From contig CAZADO010000143.1 of assembly GCA_964483885.1 (NCBI GenBank), positions 1 through 32,068 on the forward strand: DNA of 32,068 nt, written 5' to 3'. This DNA comes from an uncultured Alphaproteobacteria bacterium. Its GTDB lineage: Bacteria; Electryoneota; RPQS01; DYHQ01. Within the stretch, counting starts at the first letter, position 1, and each line of letters opens with the position of its first letter. The translations under genes were made by a program, and so were the position numbers. The notes under the pieces are model-generated. The model ran no database searches. It had not been told where the DNA came from and saw only the letters and a program-made list of their open reading frames with translations. Below are positions 9,005 through 18,123 of the stretch, piece after piece.

Positions 9005-10027
9005 ATGCCACAGTCGGTTTCGGAATCTTTGCAAAAGGCAGGGAGCGCAGACGCCAAGAGCAGTTTGCGAAACGGCTATGTTCTCGAATTCGAGAAGCCC
9101 ATCGCAGAAGTCGAACAAAAAGTCGCCGAGATGAAACAAATCGCTCGCAGCGGCGGCTTGCATTCGTTTTCGGATGAAATCCAGCGAATGGAGCGCAAAG
9201 CGACGAAGCTGAAAGAAGAAATCTATCGAAAGCTCACCCGCTGGCAAAAAGTGCAGATGGCTCGGCACCCGCAGCGTCCATACACGCTGGGTTATATTCC
9301 GCGCATTTGCTCCAGTTGGACAGAACTGCATGGTGACCGGTGTTTCGCTGATGATAAAGCCATTGTCGGAGGACTGGCGAGTATTGACGATATCCCTCTG
9401 ATGATTATCGGGCATCAAAAAGGACGAGGAACGAAAGAAAATCTATACCGGAACTTTGGCATGCCGAACCCCGAAGGGTATCGAAAAGCATTGCGCCTGA
9501 TGATGCTTGCCGCAAAATTCCGGCGACCTGTCGTGACGTTTATCGATACTCCCGGAGCATATCCGGGACTCGGCGCGGAGGAACGCGGTCAGGCGGAAGC
9601 GATTGCACATAATCTATTTGAAATGGCCAGACTTCCCGTTCCGATTGTGACGCTTGTGATTGGTGAAGGAGGAAGCGGCGGCGCTCTTGCGATTTCTGTC
9701 GCGGATCGCATTTTCATGCTGGAACATGCCATTTATTCCGTTATCAGCCCCGAGGGTTGTGCGTCGATTTTATATCGCGATGCCGCTGAAGCTGAACGCG
9801 CCGCCGAAGCACTCAAGCTCACGGCACCGGATTTGGTTAAAATGAAAATCGTTGACGGCATCATTGAAGAACCTCTTGGAGGAGCGCATCGGGATGTGGA
9901 TGCGATGGCGGTGCTGATTAAGGAGAAAATTCTTTCGACATTGAAAAAACTTCAAAAACTCTCACCCGAAGAGCTCATGCGAGCTCGGCAAGAGAAATAT
10001 GCGAACATCGGCTTTTGGATGGAGTGA
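9005..10027 (+). CDS. accA: Acetyl-CoA carboxylase carboxyltransferase subunit alpha
   Basis: Motifs HPQRPYTLGYI, FIDTPGAYPGLGAEERGQAEAIA, IGEGGSGGALA and VISPEGCASILY. Confidence 0.9.
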   Translation: MPQSVSESLQKAGSADAKSSLRNGYVLEFEKPIAEVEQKVAEMKQIARSGGLHSFSDEIQRMERKATKLKEEIYRKLTRWQKVQMARHPQRPYTLGYIPRICSSWTELHGDRCFADDKAIVGGLASIDDIPLMIIGHQKGRGTKENLYRNFGMPNPEGYRKALRLMMLAAKFRRPVVTFIDTPGAYPGLGAEERGQAEAIAHNLFEMARLPVPIVTLVIGEGGSGGALAISVADRIFMLEHAIYSVISPEGCASILYRDAAEAERAAEALKLTAPDLVKMKIVDGIIEEPLGGAHRDVDAMAVLIKEKILSTLKKLQKLSPEELMRARQEKYANIGFWME

Positions 10028-10433
10028 CGTCGCACCCGCCTGCGAGAGTGCCACCTCGATACGTGTGCGCTACGCAGAAACGGATGCGATGGGATGGGTT
10101 TATTATGGGCGCTATTTTACCTATTTCGAAATCGGGCGAACAGAGCTGATGAGGGAACTTTGGCGTCCTTACGCCGACATCGAGAAAGAGGGATACCGTC
10201 TGCCTGTCGTTTCGACAGGTTGTCGTTTTCTAATGGGTGCCAGATATGACGATTTGTTGCGCATCGTGACGCGAGTGTCTCTTCCGACGGTGTTTCGTTT
10301 GCATTTCGATTATCGGGTTTTCATGGGCGATAGTATCATCTGTGAAGGTTTTACGGATCATTGTTTTGTTCATGGTGACGGCAAAATAGCCCGAGTGCCG
10401 CAGGATTTGGTTAGAGTTGTTAGAAGCCAATGA
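9999..10433 (+). CDS. YbgC/4HBT-family acyl-CoA thioesterase
   Basis: Hotdog-fold N-terminal signature VRYAETDAMGWVYYGRYFTYFEIGRTELMRE and a length of ~140 aa. The ATG at 9999 overlaps accA by 29 nt, and the next in-frame start-like codon (GTG) lies within the motif. Confidence 0.75.
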   Translation: MRTSAFGWSDVAPACESATSIRVRYAETDAMGWVYYGRYFTYFEIGRTELMRELWRPYADIEKEGYRLPVVSTGCRFLMGARYDDLLRIVTRVSLPTVFRLHFDYRVFMGDSIICEGFTDHCFVHGDGKIARVPQDLVRVVRSQ

Positions 10434-11416
10434 AGGGAACGGCACTTGTCACAGGCGGCACTGGATTTGTCGGCAGTCATTTAATCGAAGCTCTTGCTGA
10501 AGCTGGTTGGGATGTTCGCGCTCTGGTTCGTCGACCGGACAAACTGCGATGGCTCGAAGGACTTCCCGCTGAGATTGTCAAGGGAGATGTGGAGAATCCG
10601 GATTCGCTACCGGAAGCGCTGCGAGGTGTCGAGCTTGTCATTCACTGCGCGGCGCTGACCAAGGCAAACTCGCACAGTGAATACATGCAGGCGAATGCGG
10701 ACGGCACTCGAATGCTGCTTCATAGCAGTATCCGAGCTGGAGTGCGCCGTTTCATCTATTGCTCTTCACAAGCAGCGGCAGGAACCGGAACCCTCGCCCG
10801 ACCTCGCGTTGAAGAAGATACGCCGGAGCCTCTGACAGATTACGGGATTTCCAAACTCGCCGGGGAAATTGCGGTTCAAGAAGCAGCGGACAAAATCGAA
10901 TGGATTATTCTGCGGCCACCGGCGCTTTTTGGTCCTCGCGACGAGCAGTTTCTTCCATTGTTTCGGGGAATAAAGAAAATCCATCGTTATCCTGTTTTTG
11001 GGCGTGAAGAACTTTTCTATAGTTGGATATATGTCCGGGATTTAGTGGGAGCTTTATTAATCGCTTCGGAAACGAGCAATGGACTCAGGCAAACTTATTT
11101 CGTTGCGCACGAGACTCCATCGACTTGGCGAGAGATGTCGCAAATCGCCGGTGAGCTTCTTAAGATAAACGTTCGACCGCTTCCTTCCATTTCGCTGTCG
11201 CTGCTGAAGGGAGTGGCGCGGGTTTGCGAAATGGGGGCACGCATAAGAGGAAAAGCGGCACTTTTCAATCGGCAGAAATTGGCGGAAATCGCAGCGCCGG
11301 GATGGGTTGCGGATTCAGCGAAAATAACCCGCGAATTTGGATTTCACTGTCAGATTGATTTGCGGGAAGCGCTCGCTGAAACCATCGAATGGTACAAAGA
11401 GCAAGGTTGGCTCTAA
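10430..11416 (+). CDS. NAD-dependent epimerase/dehydratase family (extended SDR) protein
   Basis: Rossmann motif VTGGTGFVGSHL and catalytic YxxxK (YGISK). ATGA overlap with the thioesterase gene. Confidence 0.8.
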   Translation: MKGTALVTGGTGFVGSHLIEALAEAGWDVRALVRRPDKLRWLEGLPAEIVKGDVENPDSLPEALRGVELVIHCAALTKANSHSEYMQANADGTRMLLHSSIRAGVRRFIYCSSQAAAGTGTLARPRVEEDTPEPLTDYGISKLAGEIAVQEAADKIEWIILRPPALFGPRDEQFLPLFRGIKKIHRYPVFGREELFYSWIYVRDLVGALLIASETSNGLRQTYFVAHETPSTWREMSQIAGELLKINVRPLPSISLSLLKGVARVCEMGARIRGKAALFNRQKLAEIAAPGWVADSAKITREFGFHCQIDLREALAETIEWYKEQGWL

Positions 11417-11418
11417 TC

Positions 11419-11595
11419 ATGGGAAAGAAACCGAAAACGAAGAAACCAAAACCACGCCTTCCGCTGCCTCAAAAGCCACCGAAGGTCGAGCCATCCGATA
11501 CAGCATATCGTCGTCGCAAGAAGCATCCGTCTCAAGAAGAGGTTACGGAAGAGGATAGGGATGATTCAGGATTTCCTGAAAACGATTCAGCGTGA
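11419..11595 (+). CDS. Hypothetical small Lys/Pro-rich protein (58 aa); may not be a real gene
   Basis: ATG sits 3 nt after the epimerase stop. Product is MGKKPKTKKPKPRLPLPQKPPK... with an acidic C-terminus. No clear Shine-Dalgarno sequence. It overlaps the helicase start by 35 nt. It fills the only sizeable non-coding gap in this array. Confidence 0.2.
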   Translation: MGKKPKTKKPKPRLPLPQKPPKVEPSDTAYRRRKKHPSQEEVTEEDRDDSGFPENDSA

Positions 11596-14470
11596 TGCTG
11601 ACTTTGCGGCGTGTCCGCGGAATCTGGAATCGTTTCCTCCGGAGCCCGCTCAATTCGGAGTGCTCGAACCGCCCTTGCCGGATGTTATTCAGCGAGGCTT
11701 ACAGGGTCTTGGGATTCGGCAACTTTTTTCTCACCAGACGAAAGCGATTGAAAAAATCCGCGAGGGCAAGAATGTCGCTCTCGTTACTCCAACGGCCAGT
11801 GGAAAAACTCTGGCCTATTTTCTTCCGCTCATTGAAACGCTCCTGAAAGAGCCTGATAAATCCGCGCTAGTTCTCTTTCCGCTGAAAGCTTTGGAACAGG
11901 ATCAGAAGCTCAAGGCGGCGCATTGGCAGAAAGCATTGAAAGGTTCCATTGATCTTTCGGTGGAAATTTATGACGGGGATACGCCCGGCCCGTTGCGTGC
12001 GCGCCTGAAAAAGAAGCCGCCTCATGTTCTGTTCTCAAATCCGGATATGCTGCATGCCGGATTTCTGGCATTTCATCAGGGGTGGGAGGCGTTCTTCCGG
12101 CGGCTTCGCTTTGTCGTTATAGATGAATTGCATGCCTATCGCGGTGTTTTCGGTTCGAATATCTTGCAGGTTCTTAGAAGGCTGTCTCGCTTGCTCGCGT
12201 ATTACGGTGTGAAGCCGCAATACATCACTCTATCGGCAACGATTGCAAATCCGCTCGAGCTTGCGGAAAAACTGACAGGGCAGTCTTTCGAACTTGTTTC
12301 AGACTCAGGCGCTCCAATGGGAAAGCGTCATTTCCTGTTGCTGGATCCGCCTCAATCCGTTACAAGTGCGGCGGCTAAGCTCTTTGTCAACGCAGTCGAA
12401 CGCGGCTTGAAAACCATCGTTTTCACAAAAGCGAGAACGGCGACGGAAATTATTCATCGTACGATTCTCGACACCCGTCCCGAACTCGCGAAGATAATCA
12501 GCTCCTATCGAGCAGGTTTTCTTCCTGAAGAACGGCGCGAGATTGAAGCGCGTCTTGCTGGGGGCGAGTTGAAAGGCGTCGTTTCCACGAGCGCTCTCGA
12601 ATTAGGCATTGACATTGGCGGCCTCGATTTATGCATTCTGGCCGGTTATCCCGGTAGCATCACCGCGACTTGGCAGCGCGCCGGGCGTGTGGGGCGCCGA
12701 GGGGAGGAATCAGCCGTTATTTTATTAACACAGCCGAACGCTTTAGATCAGTATTTTTTAAAGAATCCTTCTGATTTTTTCGGACGTGCTTTCGAGACGG
12801 CTATCGTTAGTGAAGACAACGAAGAAATTCTGCGAGCGCATCTTCCCTCTGCGGCGGCTGAAATTCCGCTCATGCACGGCGATCCTCATCTTGATGTGGA
12901 GCAGTACCAGCCGATTATTCAAGGTCTTGAGCATGAAGGAAAACTCGTACGCAGTGCCAGCGGCAAACAGTGGTTTCCTGGGTTGCGGCGACCGCAAAGT
13001 ACGGTTAGCATTCGCAATGTCGGACATTCTTTTAATATTACCACACCGGAGCAGGATAAGTCCATTGGAGAAATATCCGGCATGGCTGTTTTTCGAGAAT
13101 GCCATGAAGGAGCGATTTATCTGCATCGAGGCCAGCAGTATGAGGTCGAGAAACTCGATTTAGAGAAAAAGCGAGTCGAGGTTCAATCGACATCTTCAGC
13201 CATCTATACGCGAGTGCGTTCGGATAAACAAACGGAGATTCTGGACGAAACGGCCAGTAAAAAGGTTGCTTCCTTCGTTATTCATCGAGGAAAAGTAAAG
13301 GTCACAGAAACGTTTCACAGCTACGAAAGACGTCGGATTTACAGTCAGGAATTGTTGTCTGTCGAACCGCTTGAATTGCCTCCGCAGAGTTTCACGACTC
13401 AGGCGGTGTGGATTGAAATTCCTCCTGCTATTCCTCTTCATTTGGCAGCGGAAGAACGCCATTTCATGGGCGGAATTCATGCGATCGAACATGCAACGAT
13501 TTCTCTGGTTCCATTGTTTGCGCTTTGTGATCGCAATGATGTCGGAGGGATTTGTTATACGCGCCATCCGCAGCTTGACGGAGGAGCGATATTCATCTAT
13601 GATGGCCATCCGGGAGATGTCGGCATTGCGAAGCGTATTTATGAGATTATTTTAGAGCTTCTGGAACGGACGCGTAAACTTGTATCCGAATGCACCTGTG
13701 AAGAAGGCTGTCCGTCGTGCATTCATTCGCCGAAGTGCGGAGCCGGAAATAAGCCATTGGATAAACAAGCGGCGGTGATGGTGCTCAACGGATTGTTGGC
13801 CGAATCTTCGGAAGAATTCGGAGAGTCAGTAGCGCAAACGATAATGAAGCAAGAAGAAGCGCTAGAAGAGTACACACCGCGCGAAATTCCCGACGATAAG
13901 CGAATCCTTGTTTTTGATCTTGAAACGCAGCATTCGGCTGAAGAAGTGGGAGGATGGTCGAATATTCGACAAATGCGACTGGCGCTGGGGGGAGTTTTCG
14001 ACAGCCGCGACGGAGAGATTCATATCTACGATGAAGCGCATGTCGAGGATTTGATTTCTCATCTTCGCAGCGGTGATTTGATTGTCGGTTATAATCAAAT
14101 GCGGTTCGATTATGAAGTGCTGCGCGGCTACACCTTCGACAGTTTTACGGAGCTGTCGAATCTTGATATGCTCCTCGAAGTGCAGAAACAGATCGGCTTT
14201 CGCTTGAAATTGGACACACTTGCTAAAGCAACTTTGGGTGTAAAGAAACTTGCTGATGGGCTGCAGTCGATTGAATGGTGGAAAGAGGGACAGCTTGATT
14301 TAATCGAAGAGTATTGCCGCAAGGATGTCGAGATTACGCGTGATTTGTTTTTCTTCGCTTTGAAAAAGGGGTATCTGCTCTATGAACGAAAGGATTTCGA
14401 TGTGGTACGAATTCCTCTAAACTGGAATTTAGAAGAGTTTATGCAAACGCAAGCCGTGCGAGAAGTATAG
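11561..14470 (+). CDS. MrfA/YprA-like DExH-box helicase with DUF1998 (Zn-binding) domain, fused to a C-terminal DEDDy 3'-5' exonuclease domain
   Basis: Helicase motif I TPTASGKT, motif II DELH and motif VI QRAGRVGRRG. DUF1998-type region HAIEHATISL... and Cys cluster CTCEEGCPSCIHSPKC. The last ~190 aa (nt 13892..14467) carry exonuclease motifs FDLET, GYNQMRFD and YCRKD. It is a single uninterrupted ORF. Confidence 0.8.
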   Translation: MIQDFLKTIQRDADFAACPRNLESFPPEPAQFGVLEPPLPDVIQRGLQGLGIRQLFSHQTKAIEKIREGKNVALVTPTASGKTLAYFLPLIETLLKEPDKSALVLFPLKALEQDQKLKAAHWQKALKGSIDLSVEIYDGDTPGPLRARLKKKPPHVLFSNPDMLHAGFLAFHQGWEAFFRRLRFVVIDELHAYRGVFGSNILQVLRRLSRLLAYYGVKPQYITLSATIANPLELAEKLTGQSFELVSDSGAPMGKRHFLLLDPPQSVTSAAAKLFVNAVERGLKTIVFTKARTATEIIHRTILDTRPELAKIISSYRAGFLPEERREIEARLAGGELKGVVSTSALELGIDIGGLDLCILAGYPGSITATWQRAGRVGRRGEESAVILLTQPNALDQYFLKNPSDFFGRAFETAIVSEDNEEILRAHLPSAAAEIPLMHGDPHLDVEQYQPIIQGLEHEGKLVRSASGKQWFPGLRRPQSTVSIRNVGHSFNITTPEQDKSIGEISGMAVFRECHEGAIYLHRGQQYEVEKLDLEKKRVEVQSTSSAIYTRVRSDKQTEILDETASKKVASFVIHRGKVKVTETFHSYERRRIYSQELLSVEPLELPPQSFTTQAVWIEIPPAIPLHLAAEERHFMGGIHAIEHATISLVPLFALCDRNDVGGICYTRHPQLDGGAIFIYDGHPGDVGIAKRIYEIILELLERTRKLVSECTCEEGCPSCIHSPKCGAGNKPLDKQAAVMVLNGLLAESSEEFGESVAQTIMKQEEALEEYTPREIPDDKRILVFDLETQHSAEEVGGWSNIRQMRLALGGVFDSRDGEIHIYDEAHVEDLISHLRSGDLIVGYNQMRFDYEVLRGYTFDSFTELSNLDMLLEVQKQIGFRLKLDTLAKATLGVKKLADGLQSIEWWKEGQLDLIEEYCRKDVEITRDLFFFALKKGYLLYERKDFDVVRIPLNWNLEEFMQTQAVREV

Positions 14471-15979
14471 ATGTTTCGAAAATTATTAGTTGCCAATCGC
14501 GGGGAAATCGCCATTCGCGTGATGCGAACCTGCCGCGAAATGGGTATTCGTTCCGTTGCCGTTTATTCGGAAGCTGACCGAACAGCGCTGCATCCTCAGA
14601 TGGCGGATGAAGCCTATCTTATTGGCCCGGCTCCGGCAACAGAGAGTTACCTTGATTTTGAACGCGTACTTGACGCAGCGAAAAAAAGTGGAGCCGAAGC
14701 GATTCATCCCGGCTATGGTTTCTTAGCGGAGAACGCTGATTTCGTACATGCTGTTCAAAAAGCAGGACTCGTCTTTATTGGCCCTTCTGCCGAAGCGATG
14801 CAGGCGATGGGTTCAAAAACGGAAGCGCGCCGTTTGATGAAATCCGCCGGAGTCCCGATTATTCCCGGCACACAGCAAGCACTAAAATCAGCTTCAAAAG
14901 CCAAAGAAGCCGCGGAGAAAATCGGGTATCCTGTGCTATTGAAAGCGGCGCTCGGCGGCGGTGGTAAGGGTATGCGTATCGTCGAGAAAGCGAACGACCT
15001 TGAAAAGGCTTTTAATGCGGCGACGCGGGAAGCGCAAGGTGCTTTTGGTGACGACAATATTTATCTTGAGAAATTTTTACCGGGATCGCGTCATATAGAG
15101 TTTCAGATTCTTGCCGATAAGTACGGTCATGTGATTCATTTGGGAGAGCGCGAGTGTTCCATTCAGAGACGTCACCAGAAAGTTATCGAGGAGACGCCAT
15201 CGGTTGCGTTGACTCTGGAGCTTCGCAGAAATATGGGAGAAGCTGCTGTGAAGGCAGCGAAAGCTTGCGGTTATGTCAATGCAGGAACAGTGGAAAGTAT
15301 GCTGGACGCGACTGGAAATTATTATTTCCTCGAAATGAATACACGACTTCAAGTGGAACATCCGGTGACGGAGATGGTCACAGGTATTGATCTTGTAAAA
15401 TGGCAATTGCGAATTGCCGCGGGAGAAAAACTGACGCTTGAACAGGAGCACATTGCGCCGCGCGGACATGCGATTGAAGCGCGCATCTACGCGGAAGATG
15501 TCTCCAGCGGTTTTCTTCCTGCGACAGGTTTTGTGAATTTCCTGCGCGCACCTTCCGGACCGGGGATTCGAGAAGACAGCGGCATCGCGGAAGGCAGCGA
15601 AATTTCCCGGCACTACGATCCGATGATTTCCAAGTTAGTGGCATGGGGAGAAACACGGGATGAAGCTGTGAATCGCCTTGCTCGTGCTCTGCGTGAATAT
15701 CATATTGCCGGGGTGCCCACAACGATTCCTTTCTGTTTGTTCGTCATTGAGCATCCGAGATTTCTAAGCGGAGATTTCGATACGCGTTTGGTGGATAGAG
15801 AACTTCATCGTGAGTTTATGGAGTTGCCCACAGACCCGGAGACAGAACGCTCCATTGCGGTAGTGTTGGCTTTGGCTGCAAGGCAAAATGGTTCTCGCAC
15901 CAACAATCAAAGCAAGAAAATGGAGAGTTCCGCGAGCGGTTGGAAATGGTCGGGACGCCGCGATGGCATCGAGAAGTGA
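14471..15979 (+). CDS. accC: Biotin carboxylase subunit of a biotin-dependent acyl-CoA carboxylase (acetyl/propionyl-CoA type)
   Basis: Motifs KLLVANRGEIAIRVMRTCREMGI, GYPVLLKAALGGGGKGMRIV and EMNTRLQVEHPVTE. The ATG follows the helicase TAG stop directly. A ~50-aa C-terminal extension is present relative to classic AccC. Confidence 0.9.
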   Translation: MFRKLLVANRGEIAIRVMRTCREMGIRSVAVYSEADRTALHPQMADEAYLIGPAPATESYLDFERVLDAAKKSGAEAIHPGYGFLAENADFVHAVQKAGLVFIGPSAEAMQAMGSKTEARRLMKSAGVPIIPGTQQALKSASKAKEAAEKIGYPVLLKAALGGGGKGMRIVEKANDLEKAFNAATREAQGAFGDDNIYLEKFLPGSRHIEFQILADKYGHVIHLGERECSIQRRHQKVIEETPSVALTLELRRNMGEAAVKAAKACGYVNAGTVESMLDATGNYYFLEMNTRLQVEHPVTEMVTGIDLVKWQLRIAAGEKLTLEQEHIAPRGHAIEARIYAEDVSSGFLPATGFVNFLRAPSGPGIREDSGIAEGSEISRHYDPMISKLVAWGETRDEAVNRLARALREYHIAGVPTTIPFCLFVIEHPRFLSGDFDTRLVDRELHREFMELPTDPETERSIAVVLALAARQNGSRTNNQSKKMESSASGWKWSGRRDGIEK

Positions 15980-15987
15980 GAGATAGC

Positions 15988-16491
15988 ATGAAGAAGGATA
16001 TTTATTACGTACGCATCAAAGACAAAGAATTCAAGGTCGCTTTCGAAAAGGATGGAGTTTTCGTTGACGGAGCGCTACTTCCAGCGGAACTTGTCCCGAC
16101 GGCTCACAAGGCGTTTGTGAAAGCACGGATTCACAATCAAATTTTGGCTTTCCCGATTGACCAGCATAATGAAGAAGTGCGACTGCTTCTTTCCGGTCGA
16201 GAATATGTAGCTCAGGTCGAAGACGAACGACAACGCACTCTGCGTTCTTTGGGTAGTATCGGCGAGGAAACAGGAGCGGGCGTTACGATAAAGGCTCCGA
16301 TGCCGGGACTCGTGGTAAAAATCGAAGTGAACATCGGCGATAGCATTGAACGAGGTCAGGGAATTGCAGTCGTGGAAGCGATGAAAATGGAAAATGAAGT
16401 ACGCGCTCAAGGGGGAGGCATCGTCAAAGATATTCGAGTCAAAGATGGGCAGACGGTAGAAAAAGGCGAGGTACTCGTTGTCATCGAATAA
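15988..16491 (+). CDS. Biotin carboxyl carrier (biotin/lipoyl attachment domain) protein
   Basis: C-terminal biotinylation motif [11 protein letters not shown] in a ~70-aa lipoyl-like domain. ATG at 15988 (MKKDIYY) is preferred over the ORF-track start at 15940, which overlaps the upstream gene. Confidence 0.8.
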   Translation: MKKDIYYVRIKDKEFKVAFEKDGVFVDGALLPAELVPTAHKAFVKARIHNQILAFPIDQHNEEVRLLLSGREYVAQVEDERQRTLRSLGSIGEETGAGVTIKAPMPGLVVKIEVNIGDSIERGQGIAVVEAMKMENEVRAQGGGIVKDIRVKDGQTVEKGEVLVVIE

Positions 16492-18121
16492 ACAGTCGCG
16501 TGATGCGTGGGAAAAAGCAGTTCGAAATGCTTTGGAGCAGACTCCGGAAAGAAAGCAGGAATTCCAAAGCACGTCGGGCATACCCATAAAACGCCTCTAT
16601 GAAAGTTCGGATGCTTCTGGAGTAGAAGAACGTTTAGGTTATCCGAGCGCTTTTCCGTTTACACGCGGAATTCAACCGACGATGTATCGAGGACGCTTCT
16701 GGACGATGCGGCAATACGCCGGTTTCGGAACTGCTGAAGAATCGAACAAGCGCTATCACTATCTTCTTGAGCGCGGCCAAACCGGTCTTTCCGTTGCGTT
16801 TGACTTACCGACACAAATCGGTTACGATAGTGATCATGCTGCTGCGATGGGTGAGGTCGGGCGCGTGGGTGTCGCTGTCAGTTCTCTTGAGGATATGGAG
16901 CGGCTTTTTCAAGGAATTCCTCTGGATAAAATCAGTACGTCGATGACCATCAGTGCGACAGCCGCGATTCTTTTAGCGTTTTATGTCGCCGTTGCGCGTC
17001 GAAACGGTTGCGAGGAAAAGCTGCTGCAGGGCACGGTGCAGAATGATATTTTAAAAGAGTACGTTGCGCGAGGAACGTACATCTATCCACCGCGTCCTTC
17101 GATGCGTCTGATTACGGATGTGATTGTCTATTGCAAAGAAGCTCTTCCGAAGTGGAACAGCATTTCTATCTCGGGCTATCATATTAGGGAAGCGGGAGCG
17201 ACGGCGGTTCAGGAACTCGCGTTTACCTTTGCGAATGCTTTAGCTTATGTGGACGCAACGCTTAAGCGTGGGCTTGACATTGACGACTTCGCTCCGCGCT
17301 TGTCGTTTTTTTGGGATTGCCATAATTCGTTTTTTGAAGAGGTGGCGAAATTCCGAGCGGCACGGCGTATCTGGGCGACGCTGATGAAAAATAAATACGG
17401 CGCAAAGAATCCTCGCTCGCAGATGCTGCGCTTCCACACACAAACAGCGGGATGTTCCCTGACAGCACAGCAGCCGGAGAACAACACAGTACGTGTCGCT
17501 TTGCAAGCGATGGCGGCAGTTTTAGGCGGCACGCAGAGTCTTCACACGAATGCGTTTGATGAAGCATTATCGCTTCCTTCTGACCAATCTGCGCGACTGG
17601 CGCTTCGGACACAGCAAATTATCGCTTATGAATCCGAGGTAGCCGATACGATAGATCCTCTGGCGGGTTCTTATTATGTTGAAGCTCTGACTCGTGAAAT
17701 CGAGAGCAGAGTGAGTGACTATCTTGAACGTATCGAGGAAATGGGGGGAGCGATTGCGGCGGTAGAGGCACACTATTTCCAGGAAGAAATCGCGCGCGAG
17801 GCGTATCGTCATCAGAAAGAAGTTGAATCCGGCGAACGTGTTATCGTTGGTGTGAACCGCTTTGATGAAGAAGAGAGCGACGAGAAACTAAACCTGTTGA
17901 AAGTCGATCCGACTGTCGAAGAGAAACAGCGCAAGCAGCTTCATGAATTGCGCGCTCGGAGAAACAAGACGAAGGTCGAAAATTCTCTGAATCAGCTAAG
18001 AAAGAAAGCGCAGACAGAAGAGAATCTGCTGCCGGTTATCATTGATTGCGCGCTTTGCGATGCGACACTCGGAGAAATATCGGATGTATTACGAGATGTT
18101 TGGGGGGAATATAAAGAATAG
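16478..18121 (+). CDS. Methylmalonyl-CoA mutase, catalytic (N-terminal, substrate-binding) subunit, without a B12-binding domain
   Basis: Motifs [56 protein letters not shown] and [16 protein letters not shown]. The Tyr (TMY) and Arg (VARGTY) typical of methylmalonyl-specific mutases are present. The ORF ends where the B12-binding domain would begin. TTG start overlaps the carrier-protein gene by 14 nt. Confidence 0.9.
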   Translation: MSSNKQSRDAWEKAVRNALEQTPERKQEFQSTSGIPIKRLYESSDASGVEERLGYPSAFPFTRGIQPTMYRGRFWTMRQYAGFGTAEESNKRYHYLLERGQTGLSVAFDLPTQIGYDSDHAAAMGEVGRVGVAVSSLEDMERLFQGIPLDKISTSMTISATAAILLAFYVAVARRNGCEEKLLQGTVQNDILKEYVARGTYIYPPRPSMRLITDVIVYCKEALPKWNSISISGYHIREAGATAVQELAFTFANALAYVDATLKRGLDIDDFAPRLSFFWDCHNSFFEEVAKFRAARRIWATLMKNKYGAKNPRSQMLRFHTQTAGCSLTAQQPENNTVRVALQAMAAVLGGTQSLHTNAFDEALSLPSDQSARLALRTQQIIAYESEVADTIDPLAGSYYVEALTREIESRVSDYLERIEEMGGAIAAVEAHYFQEEIAREAYRHQKEVESGERVIVGVNRFDEEESDEKLNLLKVDPTVEEKQRKQLHELRARRNKTKVENSLNQLRKKAQTEENLLPVIIDCALCDATLGEISDVLRDVWGEYKE

Positions 18122-18123
18122 TC

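Noticed and set aside
11561-14470. Reading the DUF1998 helicase as a DISARM (DrmA/DrmB-like) or other phage-defence module.
   Set aside because: No DrmB/DrmC, methyltransferase, PLD nuclease or other defence genes lie nearby. Both flanks are housekeeping metabolic genes with coupled junctions, and there are no mobile-element signatures. MrfA-like repair helicase is the more economical reading.
15940-15987. Upstream start (15940) for the biotin carrier protein, overlapping the biotin carboxylase gene by 40 nt.
   Set aside because: The extension MEMVGTPRWHREVRDS is out of character for the family. ATG 15988 follows the upstream stop by 8 nt.
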